The notes under the pieces are model-generated. The model ran no database searches. It was not told the DNA's origin and saw nothing but the letters and a program-made list of their open reading frames with translations. A DNA stretch of 63,504 nucleotides, the filler included. It is 7 parts of 7 records of this genome, joined end to end, with 100 filler letters (N's around TTAATTAATTAA, not from the genome) between each part and the next. Parts side by side here need not be neighbours in the genome. Positions count along the whole stretch, not along the records: positions 35,812 to 44,502 come from SRR31147125_56541; positions 44,603 to 51,424 come from SRR31147125_56727; positions 51,525 to 57,556 come from SRR31147125_56760; 4 more parts are not named here. One strand, 5' to 3'. Of this stretch, positions 42,491-52,993 are shown piece by piece; the stretch's first letter is position 1; the number at the start of each line of letters is the position of its first letter. The position numbers and the translations under genes were made by a program.

Positions 42491-43389
42491 ATGAAAGTAA
42501 TATTAACTCGTCGCACTTTTTTAAAAAATTCGGCACTTGTAGGCGGAGCTATTGCTGCCTCCAATCAATTCCATCCCCAAAACGTGTTCGCAAAAGCTCC
42601 ACTTCCTGATATAGCTATTGCCAAAGGTGACAACGCCCGTAAAGATGTACAAATGGCCCTTGAAACGCTGGGTGGAATGAAAACGTTTGTTCATAAAGGG
42701 GATCGGGTCGTTTTGTTGCCAAATCCCCAGGGACGACAACCTGGAACATACACAGATCCGGATGTGGTTGCCGAAACAATAAGAATGTGCCTCGAAGCAG
42801 GAGCCAAAGAAGTGGCTGTCTGTTCCGTTCATGGACCTGGAAGATGGCAGGCATCCGGTATCATAAAAGCCACCGAAACAGCCGGCGGTATCATGTTTTA
42901 CCCGCAATCTGATAAGGATTGGATAAATGTGGACATACCAAAAGGTAAAATCAAAAAAAGACTAAAATCATTCAAAAAGCAGTAGAAAACGATGTCCTGA
43001 TTAACATGCCCGTTGCAAAACAACACAACAGTACCCGGTTTACCTGCAATCTCAAAAATCTGATGGGTTTTAATGACAATAACGAATCCTTCCACAAAGG
43101 CGAGGAACATTTACAACAATGCATTGTGGACCTGGCGTCCATATTCAAACCAGACCTGTGCATTGTTGATGCCAATACCATTCTCCTGGAAAACGGACCC
43201 TTTGGACCGGGCGACACAAGCTCACCACAAACCGTTTATGCCGGCACAGACATGGTCGCAATGGATGCATTATGTTGTGATCTCATAAAACAAAATCCAA
43301 AAGAAGTGGGGCACATAGATGGAGCTCACAAACTCGGCCTGGGTGAAATAAATGTGAATACATTAAATATTAAAAATGTCAATGCATGA
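42491..43389 (+). CDS. Tat-exported DUF362 protein; frameshift near 42960
   Basis: TRRTFLK Tat motif, LGGM, T.PDVV, INMPVAKQH, LKNLMG, GPFGPG, DMVAMD. Confidence 0.85.
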
Positions 43390-43421
43390 TGCGATAATGG
43401 CTAATATCAAAGGCTTTACAA

Positions 43422-44345
43422 GTGACTAATTCATCAAAAAAAATGTTATTCACCTCATTGCTTCTGGTAGTAACCATATTATTTTCCTGCAGCACGAATC
43501 TCATTGCATCAGAGCCAAAACCACTGTTCAACTTCCTGCCCTCTGAAACAGAAATACTGCCATGGAAACAGAATGGCTCTCCGGCTCTTTATAACAAAAA
43601 CACACTGTATGAATACATCAATGGCGGTGCCGACATTTTTCTGGAATATGGTTTTAATCAAATTATCACTCAAAACTATCTTTATAAAGAGAAAGAGCTG
43701 GTTGTTGACATTTATGAAATGCAGGATCCGGAATCAGCGTTTGGCATTTATTCAATTCATCGGGATTATGATAAACCTGCGCTGAATGTAGGGGATGACG
43801 GAACCCGTTTTAAATATCAACTCGTCTTTTGGCAGGATAAATACTATATTGTTTTGATGGGGTACGAAACAGACGAGATGACTCAAAAGGCGTTGCTTGA
43901 CATGGCGCTTTTCGTTTCACAACGTATTGGCGTAAAATCTCAAACACCTCCGCTTTTAAACAAACTGCCCGGGCAGAACCAGGTACCGCGGAGTCAGGGT
44001 TATATAAAAGGTGTGCTTGGTCTGAATACCCGTCTTTTTCTCGATCAAAAGAACATACTTTTAATCGATGGAAAAAATATAAAGGCTGTGTTTGCTACAT
44101 ATAAATCAAATGAGGAGCAGGCACATCTGCTCCTCATCTCTTATCCTGATGACAACCAGGCTCGACAAAAGCATCAACTTTTGACAAACATCTTTACAAA
44201 AAAGTATCAAAAAAATGCCGCATCTGTTTTTATGGATAGCAAAAACCGATATTACCATACAGTTACCAAAGGCAAATATCTGTACATTTTATATAAAGCG
44301 AGTGATGTTCGTATGATAGATGTCATTAATCAACAAATTTACTAA
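43422..44345 (+). CDS. DUF6599-like exported protein
   Basis: LYEYINGGADIFLEYGF, DIYEM...AFGIYS. Confidence 0.7.
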   Translation: MTNSSKKMLFTSLLLVVTILFSCSTNLIASEPKPLFNFLPSETEILPWKQNGSPALYNKNTLYEYINGGADIFLEYGFNQIITQNYLYKEKELVVDIYEMQDPESAFGIYSIHRDYDKPALNVGDDGTRFKYQLVFWQDKYYIVLMGYETDEMTQKALLDMALFVSQRIGVKSQTPPLLNKLPGQNQVPRSQGYIKGVLGLNTRLFLDQKNILLIDGKNIKAVFATYKSNEEQAHLLLISYPDDNQARQKHQLLTNIFTKKYQKNAASVFMDSKNRYYHTVTKGKYLYILYKASDVRMIDVINQQIY

Positions 44346-44477
44346 AATCTGCATCCTGAGCACAAATAATAATCCTTTCAATTGTTAAAATTCCCTGTTA
44401 TAATGGTTATAGCACCTGGACGGTTAGTAAACGGACATTTAAACAATGAAGATATATCCCCCCTTTCCCCCTCCTGG

Positions 44478-44502
44478 ATTCCCGGTAAGAGCATCCGGGA
44501 AT
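44478..44502. repeat. REP-like palindrome at contig end
   Basis: attcccgg-taagagcat-ccgggaat. Confidence 0.5.
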
Positions 44503-44602
44503 NNNNNNNNNNNNNNNNNNNNNNNNNNNNNNNNNNNNNNNNNNNNTTAATTAATTAANNNNNNNNNNNNNNNNNNNNNNNNNNNNNNNNNNNNNNNNNN
44601 NN

Positions 44603-46295
44603 GGTTGTCTAAGGATGGGGAGTAGTTTATTAAACCCTTTCAACTACTATAGCATTACCTATTTTATCTAAAGATGTTTGATTGTTTACAATTACCTTAT
44701 AAGTAGTATTTATGGTTATCATCTTAATATCTAGCTCAAAAAAGTTTATTCGTTTATTAGTCTTTCTTAGATAACCTTCTTCTAACTTTTCGTCATAAAT
44801 ACCTGATTCTTTTGCTTTCTTAATAAATTCGTCAAGCCCTGAATTATGTTTTTCTATAGCTTCATCAGAAAGTTTTTCAACGGTAATAGCATCTATAAAA
44901 TCTTTGATATTCGATTTAAAAATATCAGGATTTTTTAGGTCAACGTGTTTCTTCGTTTTTAAATCTTCAATCTCTGCTTTTAGTTTGGTATTGGCTTTCT
45001 TTATTAATTCGTTACGTGCTTCAATTTCCTTTTCAGCTTTATCTAATTTCTCAAAACGTGCATCATAATTTTCTTTTGATAACCTACCATCAATATAAGC
45101 ATCTAATAAGCGTTCTTTTGCTGAATAATTAATAGATTCTGTAGGTTGCATTTTATCTTCTAACATTTGAATCTTTTCTAAAATATCTTTAGAATCTACT
45201 TTAAAATATTTAGTAGCATTATAGATAGCATTATTTAGTAAGTCAATATTAATAGCCGAAGCAGAACAAGACTTATCTTTTTTGATAAACCTGTTGTAAC
45301 ACTTATAATGATTTTGTACACCAGATTTATCTTTGTGCATATATAAATTAGAACCACAGTGTTTACATTTCAATTTATCCCTGAAAATATTTTCAAAGAT
45401 TTTAGCGTTTGGTTCTCTGGTTCTTGCACTGGCTAATTTTTCCTGAACCGCTGTAAAATCTTCATCTGAAATTATCCTTAGTTTTTCGTCGTGATATTCT
45501 ACATCACTATACACCCTATAACCTCTTAAAATAGTCTTATGCATCAAATCACGGACTATAATAGGTGTCCATAATAATTTAGAATCACTGTTATACTTTA
45601 TAACACCTGATTCAGTTAATGATTTATATTTTGTAGGTATTCTTTCTTCATTTAGATAATGCACAATCTTTTTAACGCTCCAATCTCGATGTAAATATTT
45701 ATCAAATATATCTTTTACTACAGCAGCTTCTTTTTCATCTATTACTAACAGTCCGTTTTCGGCTTTATAGCCATACTGTCTAATCTTGCTAGAACCTAAA
45801 CCACCTTTCCTAACTGAATTTTTTCTACCTGATAAAGTCCTAGATTTTAGTAGTGCCAGTTCATAAGAAGCAAATGAAATAAGCTGCTCTAATTGTAGTT
45901 GTTTTGCAGGGTCATCATTAATACTATCTAAGCCCTGCAAAATGATGTGCATATTAACCCCGTTATTTCGAAGCTCCTTTATTACCTGTAGCGATTCTAA
46001 AGAGCTTCTACCAACTCTGGAAATCTCCCAACCGTAAACCTGTTTAATATTGCTGGTTCTTAGAAAGGTTAGCATACTATCTAGTTCTACACGGCTAGAA
46101 CCAAATATTTTACCTGATAGCTTATCAGCGTAAACTTTTACTATCTTGTAACCATCAGCATTAGCCTTTTTTGTACATTCGTTAAGCTGTCTTTCGTAGT
46201 CCTGAGATTCAGAAGAAACACGTAGATAAAGTAAAGCCTGTTTCATAGTGGTAAATTTTATACCACAAATTTAGTAATAACATTTGAAAATGAGC
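44603..46295. mobile_element. End of an integrated AT-rich element (prophage, IME or ICE) with att junction near 46294
   Basis: LSR at the element edge; composition shift; host ORF decapitated at the junction. Confidence 0.7.
44630..46246 (-). CDS. Large serine recombinase (integrase)
   Basis: YLRVSS catalytic Ser, EISRVGR, YGY recombinase domain, CKHCG...YKC...SC zinc ribbon, coiled coil. Confidence 0.92.
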   Translation of the reverse strand: MKQALLYLRVSSESQDYERQLNECTKKANADGYKIVKVYADKLSGKIFGSSRVELDSMLTFLRTSNIKQVYGWEISRVGRSSLESLQVIKELRNNGVNMHIILQGLDSINDDPAKQLQLEQLISFASYELALLKSRTLSGRKNSVRKGGLGSSKIRQYGYKAENGLLVIDEKEAAVVKDIFDKYLHRDWSVKKIVHYLNEERIPTKYKSLTESGVIKYNSDSKLLWTPIIVRDLMHKTILRGYRVYSDVEYHDEKLRIISDEDFTAVQEKLASARTREPNAKIFENIFRDKLKCKHCGSNLYMHKDKSGVQNHYKCYNRFIKKDKSCSASAINIDLLNNAIYNATKYFKVDSKDILEKIQMLEDKMQPTESINYSAKERLLDAYIDGRLSKENYDARFEKLDKAEKEIEARNELIKKANTKLKAEIEDLKTKKHVDLKNPDIFKSNIKDFIDAITVEKLSDEAIEKHNSGLDEFIKKAKESGIYDEKLEEGYLRKTNKRINFFELDIKMITINTTYKVIVNNQTSLDKIGNAIVVERV

Positions 46296-46626
46296 TTATA
46301 TGCAATCGCCCTTAATCTATGGCGATTATTTGTATAACCTGCGTGGAAACGGTTCATTGAGCGTATACAAAGCAACTACCGGCGAATTAATGTATAAAAA
46401 AAGTTTGGGCTCTGTTGGTGGTTTTTCAGCCTCGGGAGTTGCTGCCAACGGATTGGTTTATTTTTGTGCCGAAAGGGGAGATGTGTTTGTTCTAAAAGCA
46501 GGTTCCGAGTTTGAGTTAGTTTCGCACAATAACATGGATGATATACTTATGGCATCGCCTGCTATTTCCGAAGATGTAATTTACTTCCGGGCACAAAAAT
46601 CGCTTATTGCAGTGGGAGTGAAATAG
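46294..46626 (+). pseudogene. 3' fragment of a PQQ-like/BamB beta-propeller gene interrupted by the element
   Basis: AYMQSPLIYGDYLY...FSASGVAANGLVYF...MASPAISEDVIYFRAQKSLIAVG is a C-terminal propeller tail; in-frame TGA immediately upstream. Confidence 0.75.
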
Positions 46627-46671
46627 TGGAATGAAAAAATTTAACCAATTACTTTGTAGCCACCCATCCAA

Positions 46672-48720
46672 TTAACACCGAGAAAAATAATTGCGTGGAT
46701 TTCCGGGATAATAATAACGAGGCGCGCTACTTCCACCCGAGTAGGCATTAACAGCCAGCATTGAGGCATAATGAACATCGAAAATATTTTGGATGCCGGC
46801 TTTAAATTCCAGTTGTAGTTTTCCTTTTGTTCCCCGGTATTTTATTTCGGCATTGGTAATTCCAAACGAATCGGAAAAATCAGAGTTGGCATCGTTAACG
46901 GGCATTTCACCGGTAAAACGGTACCAGGTGTTTATAGTAAAGTTTTTAGATGGTTTCAGAGTGGCCGATAATAAGCAGGTTTTTTTGGCGGTACCGGGTA
47001 AAAGGTTTCCCGAATAATCATTGTCCAAATCAATAAACTCATCGAAATGGTAATTAGAGATTGTAGCATTGCCACTTAAAGCGAGTTTCGGAAAACTTTC
47101 TCCGTTTAAAACGTGCCAGGTAAATTCAGCTTCCAGCCCTGGGTGCGTCGAACGTCCTGCGTTTAGTCCAATATAAGCATCGGCTCCGGTGCGGCGTGCT
47201 ACTAACAGGTCGTTTACATAAATTCTGAAATAGTTGGCAGAGAACTGGAGTTTATCTGCTATTCTGGTACGAAAACCTAACTCGAAATTCCATCCCGATT
47301 CCGGTTTAATATCTTTGTTTAATTCGCCATCGGGCATTAAGGTTTCTTCAAAAGTAGGTGTAGAAAAACCATGGCTTACATTGCCAAAAACAGAATAATT
47401 ATCAGAAAGTAAAGTGTTTATTCCAATGCGCGGCGAAATTACCGGTTTGTAATTATGATTTCCCGATTGATCGCCGTTTAGATTGAAGTTATCGGTGTAT
47501 TTAAAGCGGGTGAGATTTCCGTTTAATCCGGCAGAAATAAACAGTTTATCGCTGAAATTCGATTCAATTTGGACAAACAGATTTTCGTACTGGCGTTTTT
47601 CATTATTATCGGATAGCAGGCTGTTATCGTGGTTCGCAAAAGTGGCCCAGTCGTAACTTTCTCTGAACATTTCTACCCCACTGGTTAAAACAAAACGTGC
47701 ATTTTCTACTGTAACAACTTTTTGCATATAGGCACGCCACCCAAGATATTTCGATGATTCATCGAGTATGTTAAACGGACGAACTTCATCAAGCTCTTTA
47801 AAACTACCAAAAGCTGCCACCGAAATTTTTCCGTCTTTTAGTGTGAACCGGTTATACGAAATTCCGATTTGGGCAGCACTGTATTCTTCAAATCCTTTAA
47901 CACTATTCCAGTTTGCTGCTGCACTTTCAGGTGCTTCAAGAAATGTTTGCAAGTCGAGCGAACTGGGTATGTATCCTTTCATTTTTGTGGCTTTCAGAAG
48001 CACTTGTACATTCGATTTATCTGAAAAAGAATACATCGAGTTGAGCAAAATATTTTTACGGTCGGTATTGTTGTTGTCTCTGTATCCGTTGCTGTTTAAT
48101 ACCGAACCCAGTGTAAATAGTTTTAGTTGTTCTGTATCAACTCCGGCTGTAATTGTATTTTTTAAGGTGCCAAACGATGCTGCTGTTGTTTGGTTACGCA
48201 CAAAATCGCGAACAACCGTTTTGGGGTGAAAAAGTATAACGCCGGCCAGCCCTGCACCGTACAAACTCGACGAAGGGCCTTTTATTATTTCTACCCGCTT
48301 AATTCCGGTGTTTTCAAGGTCTTCGAGAGTTGTTTCCCCGTCGCCACTGGTTAATGGAATTTCACCAAAATAGGCCTTTATTTTATTGGTTGCATAAGGC
48401 GTTCTTGAGCCAATTCCACGAATTGTTAGCCGGTTGGTATTCAACGTTCCGTGGTGCATTAAAATGCCGGGAATATGATTTAAAGCTTCAACAGGAGTAA
48501 GTGCACTGCCTGTTTCAATAACCTCGGGTAAAATAAGATTAACAGGGGCAGGAGTATTAAAAATATTGTAAGGCGAACGGAAAGCGGTGACAGTAATCTC
48601 CTCTATTTCGTCGCTAATAACTGTAGTATCTTGCTTTGTTTCCGAATCCTGTGCACGAATTTCCGAAAAGCAGAGTACGCAAATTAATATAAGTAGCCCC
48701 CAAGGCAAAGTTGTCTTCAT
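46672..48720 (-). CDS. TonB-dependent receptor (3' end probably frameshifted)
   Basis: Signal peptide, EEITVTA TonB box, IRGIG, VEIIKGPSSSLYG plug, YYPGNPRNYF. Confidence 0.9.
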   Translation of the reverse strand: MKTTLPWGLLILICVLCFSEIRAQDSETKQDTTVISDEIEEITVTAFRSPYNIFNTPAPVNLILPEVIETGSALTPVEALNHIPGILMHHGTLNTNRLTIRGIGSRTPYATNKIKAYFGEIPLTSGDGETTLEDLENTGIKRVEIIKGPSSSLYGAGLAGVILFHPKTVVRDFVRNQTTAASFGTLKNTITAGVDTEQLKLFTLGSVLNSNGYRDNNNTDRKNILLNSMYSFSDKSNVQVLLKATKMKGYIPSSLDLQTFLEAPESAAANWNSVKGFEEYSAAQIGISYNRFTLKDGKISVAAFGSFKELDEVRPFNILDESSKYLGWRAYMQKVVTVENARFVLTSGVEMFRESYDWATFANHDNSLLSDNNEKRQYENLFVQIESNFSDKLFISAGLNGNLTRFKYTDNFNLNGDQSGNHNYKPVISPRIGINTLLSDNYSVFGNVSHGFSTPTFEETLMPDGELNKDIKPESGWNFELGFRTRIADKLQFSANYFRIYVNDLLVARRTGADAYIGLNAGRSTHPGLEAEFTWHVLNGESFPKLALSGNATISNYHFDEFIDLDNDYSGNLLPGTAKKTCLLSATLKPSKNFTINTWYRFTGEMPVNDANSDFSDSFGITNAEIKYRGTKGKLQLEFKAGIQNIFDVHYASMLAVNAYSGGSSAPRYYYPGNPRNYFSRC

Positions 48721-48783
48721 CAGGCTTGTTTATTGTTTCCTGATTAAAGTTACGTAAAAGCGGGAAAAAGGGGGCCTTTAATC

Positions 48784-49893
48784 CTAAATTGTGACTTTGT
48801 TTTGTTTGTTCAGGAATGTTTCGTCGTAAGTTGCACCCAATCCCGGAGTCTCGGGGATAGTTACTGTTCCGTTTTTACTATATTGAATACCACCAAGAAC
48901 AGGATCTTCTGTCATCATTAACGGGGTATCAAAATCGAAATATTCAATATTGGAACTGGCCAGTGCCAAATGCGCCGAAGCAGTAAAACCAAGTCGTGTT
49001 TCTAAAAATCCGCCAACCTGAATTTGCATATCTGCAGCTTCTGCCAATGTTATAATTTTTAGTGCTTTATATATTCCCGACGATTTGCTTAGTTTAATGT
49101 TTATTTGGTGGCAGGCTTTTAGTGCAATCAGACGTTTGGCATCGCGATGGTCGCAACAGGTTTCGTCGGCCATTATTGGAATGGGGCTGTTTTTGCAAAT
49201 TTCCGGTAGCTCCATAAAATCCCAACGCGGAATTGGTTCTTCGCAATGCTGAATGTTATAAGGAGCCAAAGCCTTTAGTATTTCAGGTGCTTCAGAAGCG
49301 CTCCAACCCTGGTTGGCATCGAGGCGCAGTGGAATTTCAGAACCAACGGCTTCTCGAATCAGGCGTATACTTTCTACATCTTGTTCCGGAGAGTGTCCCA
49401 GTTTTACTTTTATAATTTCAAAGCCATTATTTACAATCTTCAAAGCATCGGCAGCCATTTTTTCAGGATTAGTCAAGCTAATGGTGTAGTCTATCTGGAC
49501 TTTTTTGTCATTTGTCCCTCCCAGATATTGGTATAACGGAATTCCTTCATTTTGAGCCGCAATATCATACAGCGCCATATCGAAAGCACTTTTAATACTT
49601 GTGTTGGCATAAATTAACTTGTCCATTTCTGTATGACAACTTGCAATATCTAAAGGATTTTTATTTTTCAGAACCTTTGCAATATATTGCGCCACCACAA
49701 AACAGGTTTCCATACTTTCGCCGTTAATCGTCATAAACGGACTACATTCGCCATAGCCAATAATTCCCTGGTTAGTATGTATTACAACTACAACATTTTG
49801 GGCATATTCCATTGGCCCGAGAGAAATAACAAAGGGTTCTTTTAGTTTAATAGGAGACCGGTAAATGTCAACTTTAGTAATATAAAAGCTCAT
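48784..49893 (-). CDS. Dipeptide (L-Ala-D/L-Glu) epimerase, enolase superfamily
   Basis: GYGECSP, KVKLG, LDANQGW, EEP, MADE, DFDTP, PGLG. Confidence 0.88.
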   Translation of the reverse strand: MSFYITKVDIYRSPIKLKEPFVISLGPMEYAQNVVVVIHTNQGIIGYGECSPFMTINGESMETCFVVAQYIAKVLKNKNPLDIASCHTEMDKLIYANTSIKSAFDMALYDIAAQNEGIPLYQYLGGTNDKKVQIDYTISLTNPEKMAADALKIVNNGFEIIKVKLGHSPEQDVESIRLIREAVGSEIPLRLDANQGWSASEAPEILKALAPYNIQHCEEPIPRWDFMELPEICKNSPIPIMADETCCDHRDAKRLIALKACHQINIKLSKSSGIYKALKIITLAEAADMQIQVGGFLETRLGFTASAHLALASSNIEYFDFDTPLMMTEDPVLGGIQYSKNGTVTIPETPGLGATYDETFLNKQNKVTI

Positions 49894-50051
49894 GTTGAAT
49901 TGAAATTTTAATGCAAAGTGCTAAAAAAAATATTGAATTTGTATGATAAATGACAAATTTGTAAAATAAAAGCAAAAAGTTAAAAAATAGAACAGATTGA
50001 GAAAATTGGAGTCATTAAGAATATCAAATTTATGCTTTAACACTAATTGCC

Positions 50052-50906
50052 TTAAATGGCATTAACCGGACAAACAGCCTGGCAGTCGGAACAAAGAATA
50101 CACTCGGAATGCGTAATTTTTTTATTCTGTTTTACAAATTCCATTACATCAATTCCCATTGGACACACACTGGTACATCGGCCACATTGAATACATTCTT
50201 TACCGGTTGGTTTTATTTTTATCAGGCTGATTTTGGCAGGAGGTATCATAACCAGCGAAACCGGGCATAAATATTTGCAGAAGGCTCTTTTATCGTTTAG
50301 AATAAATGCCAGTGGAATTCCGAAAGCGTAGTAAACGATGTTTCCGGCAAACATCCAGATCATTTCTTTTTTACTGATGTAATCGCCCCAAACATCGTAA
50401 TTTAAAGCAAACATAAGGTAAACCGGAATTACTACTGAGATAAGCAGTGAAAGAAATCGGAGGTGTTTCAGGTTCTGAGGAACATCTTTAGCAGAACCTT
50501 TTGTCGGAAGCCAATCTAAAATGGCGGCAGTCCAACATGCCCAACCACAAAATCCTCTTCCCCAAATAAGCGGGCCAAATATTTTTGCAATGGCATAATG
50601 GATAAAACCTTTGCTGAATAATCCCACCAAAACAATTAATACCACGCCTTCCATCTGGAAATTTTCGTTGTTAACAATGGGAATAAAAAGTAACAGGCAG
50701 GGCATAACCATTAGAATTGCGATTTTTCTTCCAAGTAATTTTTTCTTTCCTTTTAAAAGATGCCGCACGGTCATTCCGGTTGTAATGGAAAAACCAATCC
50801 AGGGGAAAATAATCCAGAAACCCCACCAGCCAATTAAAGTGTATAATAAAATTGCTATGGCAAGTCCGATTAATAAGGGGAGAAAAAGGTGGAATTTTAG
50901 TTTCAT
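50052..50906 (-). CDS. Membrane 4Fe-4S-binding protein (NapH/MauN-like)
   Basis: GRGFCGWAC, FCKYLCP, CIQCGRCTSVCP, CILCSDCQAVCP. Confidence 0.88.
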   Translation of the reverse strand: MKLKFHLFLPLLIGLAIAILLYTLIGWWGFWIIFPWIGFSITTGMTVRHLLKGKKKLLGRKIAILMVMPCLLLFIPIVNNENFQMEGVVLIVLVGLFSKGFIHYAIAKIFGPLIWGRGFCGWACWTAAILDWLPTKGSAKDVPQNLKHLRFLSLLISVVIPVYLMFALNYDVWGDYISKKEMIWMFAGNIVYYAFGIPLAFILNDKRAFCKYLCPVSLVMIPPAKISLIKIKPTGKECIQCGRCTSVCPMGIDVMEFVKQNKKITHSECILCSDCQAVCPVNAI

Positions 50907-51012
50907 GGTGGGTATTATTTCGATAAGTATTGTTTTACTATACCAAATTAGTGAATTCAATATTTTGAAAGAATTTTTAAACCGTTTTTTGTCGAATTAA
51001 AATTTTTCGAAT

Positions 51013-51044
51013 AAAAAAAAGCCCATCAGAAAAATCTGACGGGC
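51013..51044 (-). terminator. Intrinsic terminator after ilvN
   Basis: A8-gcccatcaga-aaaa-tctgacgggc. Confidence 0.75.
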
Positions 51045-51072
51045 CTTGATATGATAATAGATTTTGTAATAA

Positions 51073-51424
51073 CTAATCTAAACTATTCAGGAAAGAATCG
51101 CGTTCTTTCAAGAATTCAGAAAGACGTTCGATAGGATCGCGGGTAAGTGCCACACGCCCCGAGCGAATAAACTGCATTACTTTAAACTGATTCAGTTCTT
51201 CAAATAAAGATTGCGTATCTTCTTTGTGTCCGGTTTTTTCTATTACAACATAGTCTTGTGTAATTTCAAGTATGCGGGCACCGGCTTTACGAACTATTTT
51301 TTCAATGGTATTACTTTCGTAAATGGGTTGAATAGGTACTTTGTATAAAGCAATTTTATGGTAAATCATTTCTTCGTTGGTGTGGAAAAATGCCTTTAAA
51401 ACATCAATTTGTTTTTCAATTTGA
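51073..51424 (-). CDS. ilvN: Acetolactate synthase small subunit, C-terminal part
   Basis: KQIDVLKAF, IALYKV, VIEKTG, FIRSGRVA. Confidence 0.85.
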
Positions 51425-51524
51425 NNNNNNNNNNNNNNNNNNNNNNNNNNNNNNNNNNNNNNNNNNNNTTAATTAATTAANNNNNNNNNNNNNNNNNNNN
51501 NNNNNNNNNNNNNNNNNNNNNNNN

Positions 51525-51913
51525 CCGAGGAACTCAGTGCCTACGAGGGCACCTACAACGATCCCTACAACATCGGCCAAGTAATCATCACTGCGGACGG
51601 GAGCGATCTGGAAATATCCCTGCCGGATCTCGACGCCTACGGCTACACGTACTCGAGTGAACTCATCCCCTACTCTCCAAATAATTTCGCCTTCATCATC
51701 GAGGGGTCCGGACAGTTGCTGACCTTCATCTTCGACCACTCCTCCCAGGAAGAGGCCGAATACATACGCATGCGGTTCTCCGTGTCCAGCAGAGTCCCCG
51801 ACACAACCTTCACCAAGTCGTCGGCTGCTTCTCGTGAGGAAATATCCCGCTCACTGGAAGCCGCCAAACGTAGTCCTCGCCCTGCCCTCCTTCCGAGCCT
51901 GTTGAAAAACTGA
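51525..51913 (+). CDS. C-terminal fragment of a probable beta-lactamase-family serine hydrolase
   Basis: Open from the contig edge: EELSAYEGTYNDPYNIG...YIRMR; family call from motif resemblance only. Confidence 0.45.
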
Positions 51914-51982
51914 ACTCCCATTCTCCTTGATATCCAGCCAACAACGAAGTACATGCTGAAGCAACCACCCAAGGAGTGAAAA

Positions 51983-52798
51983 ATGACCACATTCGTGAAA
52001 CTTCGTCTCTTACTTTCCGTCCTGCTTTTGTCTGCGTTGGTAGCCAACTGCGGCGACAAAGACGATGACGACGACAGCGACATGGATAGCGGGCCCGATA
52101 GCTCTACGGATGTGGACACGGATGCAGATGCTGATACCGATTCGGACGCGGATACTGATACTGATACTGACACCGGCACGGGAACAGACACGGGACCGGC
52201 GGATCCTTGTTCCCCCAACCCCTGCGACACTCCTCCGGACGCGGGATGTGCAGGAAACAACTACGAAACCTATCCCTCCATGGGAACATGCTCTGAGAGC
52301 GATGCCGGGGCTGCCCTTTGCGAGTACCCTGCCGATGCCTCAGTGGATTGCGGCGCCCAGTTCTGTTCGACTCCGCTATCGGGATGTGTGGACTGCCTGA
52401 TTCCAACAGACTGCACAGGTTGGCTTGAAACATGTGACTCCACCGGCTACTGCGTCTGCAATGACGACCCCAATGAACCCAACGACACTGCGGCTACCGC
52501 TTCCTCCACCCCCTCGGGTACCTTGACGGTTTGTTCCGGTAACGACGATTGGTGGGAAATCGGCCCAGTCGGTGGATGCAGCGCCGAGGTAGATGTGATC
52601 TTCACCCACGCCGACGGCAACCTGGACGCCGTCCTCTACCTGCCCAGCGCTCCATCTAATCCCATCGACACGGGAGACTCCACCACCGACAACGAGGACC
52701 TCTGGGGCCCCAACGGCCAAACCATGCTCCTTCACGTCTACGGAGTCTCCGGCGCCGCCAACAATTACACAATCTACGTAGGTTCCGGCGGCTGCTGA
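51983..52798 (+). CDS. Lipoprotein with (Asp-X)n linker, Cys-rich region and PPC-like domain
   Basis: VANC lipobox; DTDADADTD; DDPNEPND...DDWW...GNLDAVLY. Confidence 0.75.
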   Translation: MTTFVKLRLLLSVLLLSALVANCGDKDDDDDSDMDSGPDSSTDVDTDADADTDSDADTDTDTDTGTGTDTGPADPCSPNPCDTPPDAGCAGNNYETYPSMGTCSESDAGAALCEYPADASVDCGAQFCSTPLSGCVDCLIPTDCTGWLETCDSTGYCVCNDDPNEPNDTAATASSTPSGTLTVCSGNDDWWEIGPVGGCSAEVDVIFTHADGNLDAVLYLPSAPSNPIDTGDSTTDNEDLWGPNGQTMLLHVYGVSGAANNYTIYVGSGGC

Positions 52799-52993
52799 CC
52801 GACCCAACTGATCCAATCCAACTATTCACCTCTGGCTTTTTGCAGACCAGCCCAGAAGGGTTTGGTCAGGAAGCTGCTTTCGTTGAAGATGATCCGTTTA
52901 CCCCCTGTACGGATTACAGGACCTCAACCCCAACACCCAACGCTCCAAAATGCGAAAACTCGGTATCGACCCCAAGGCGTTCAGGTATCCTGT

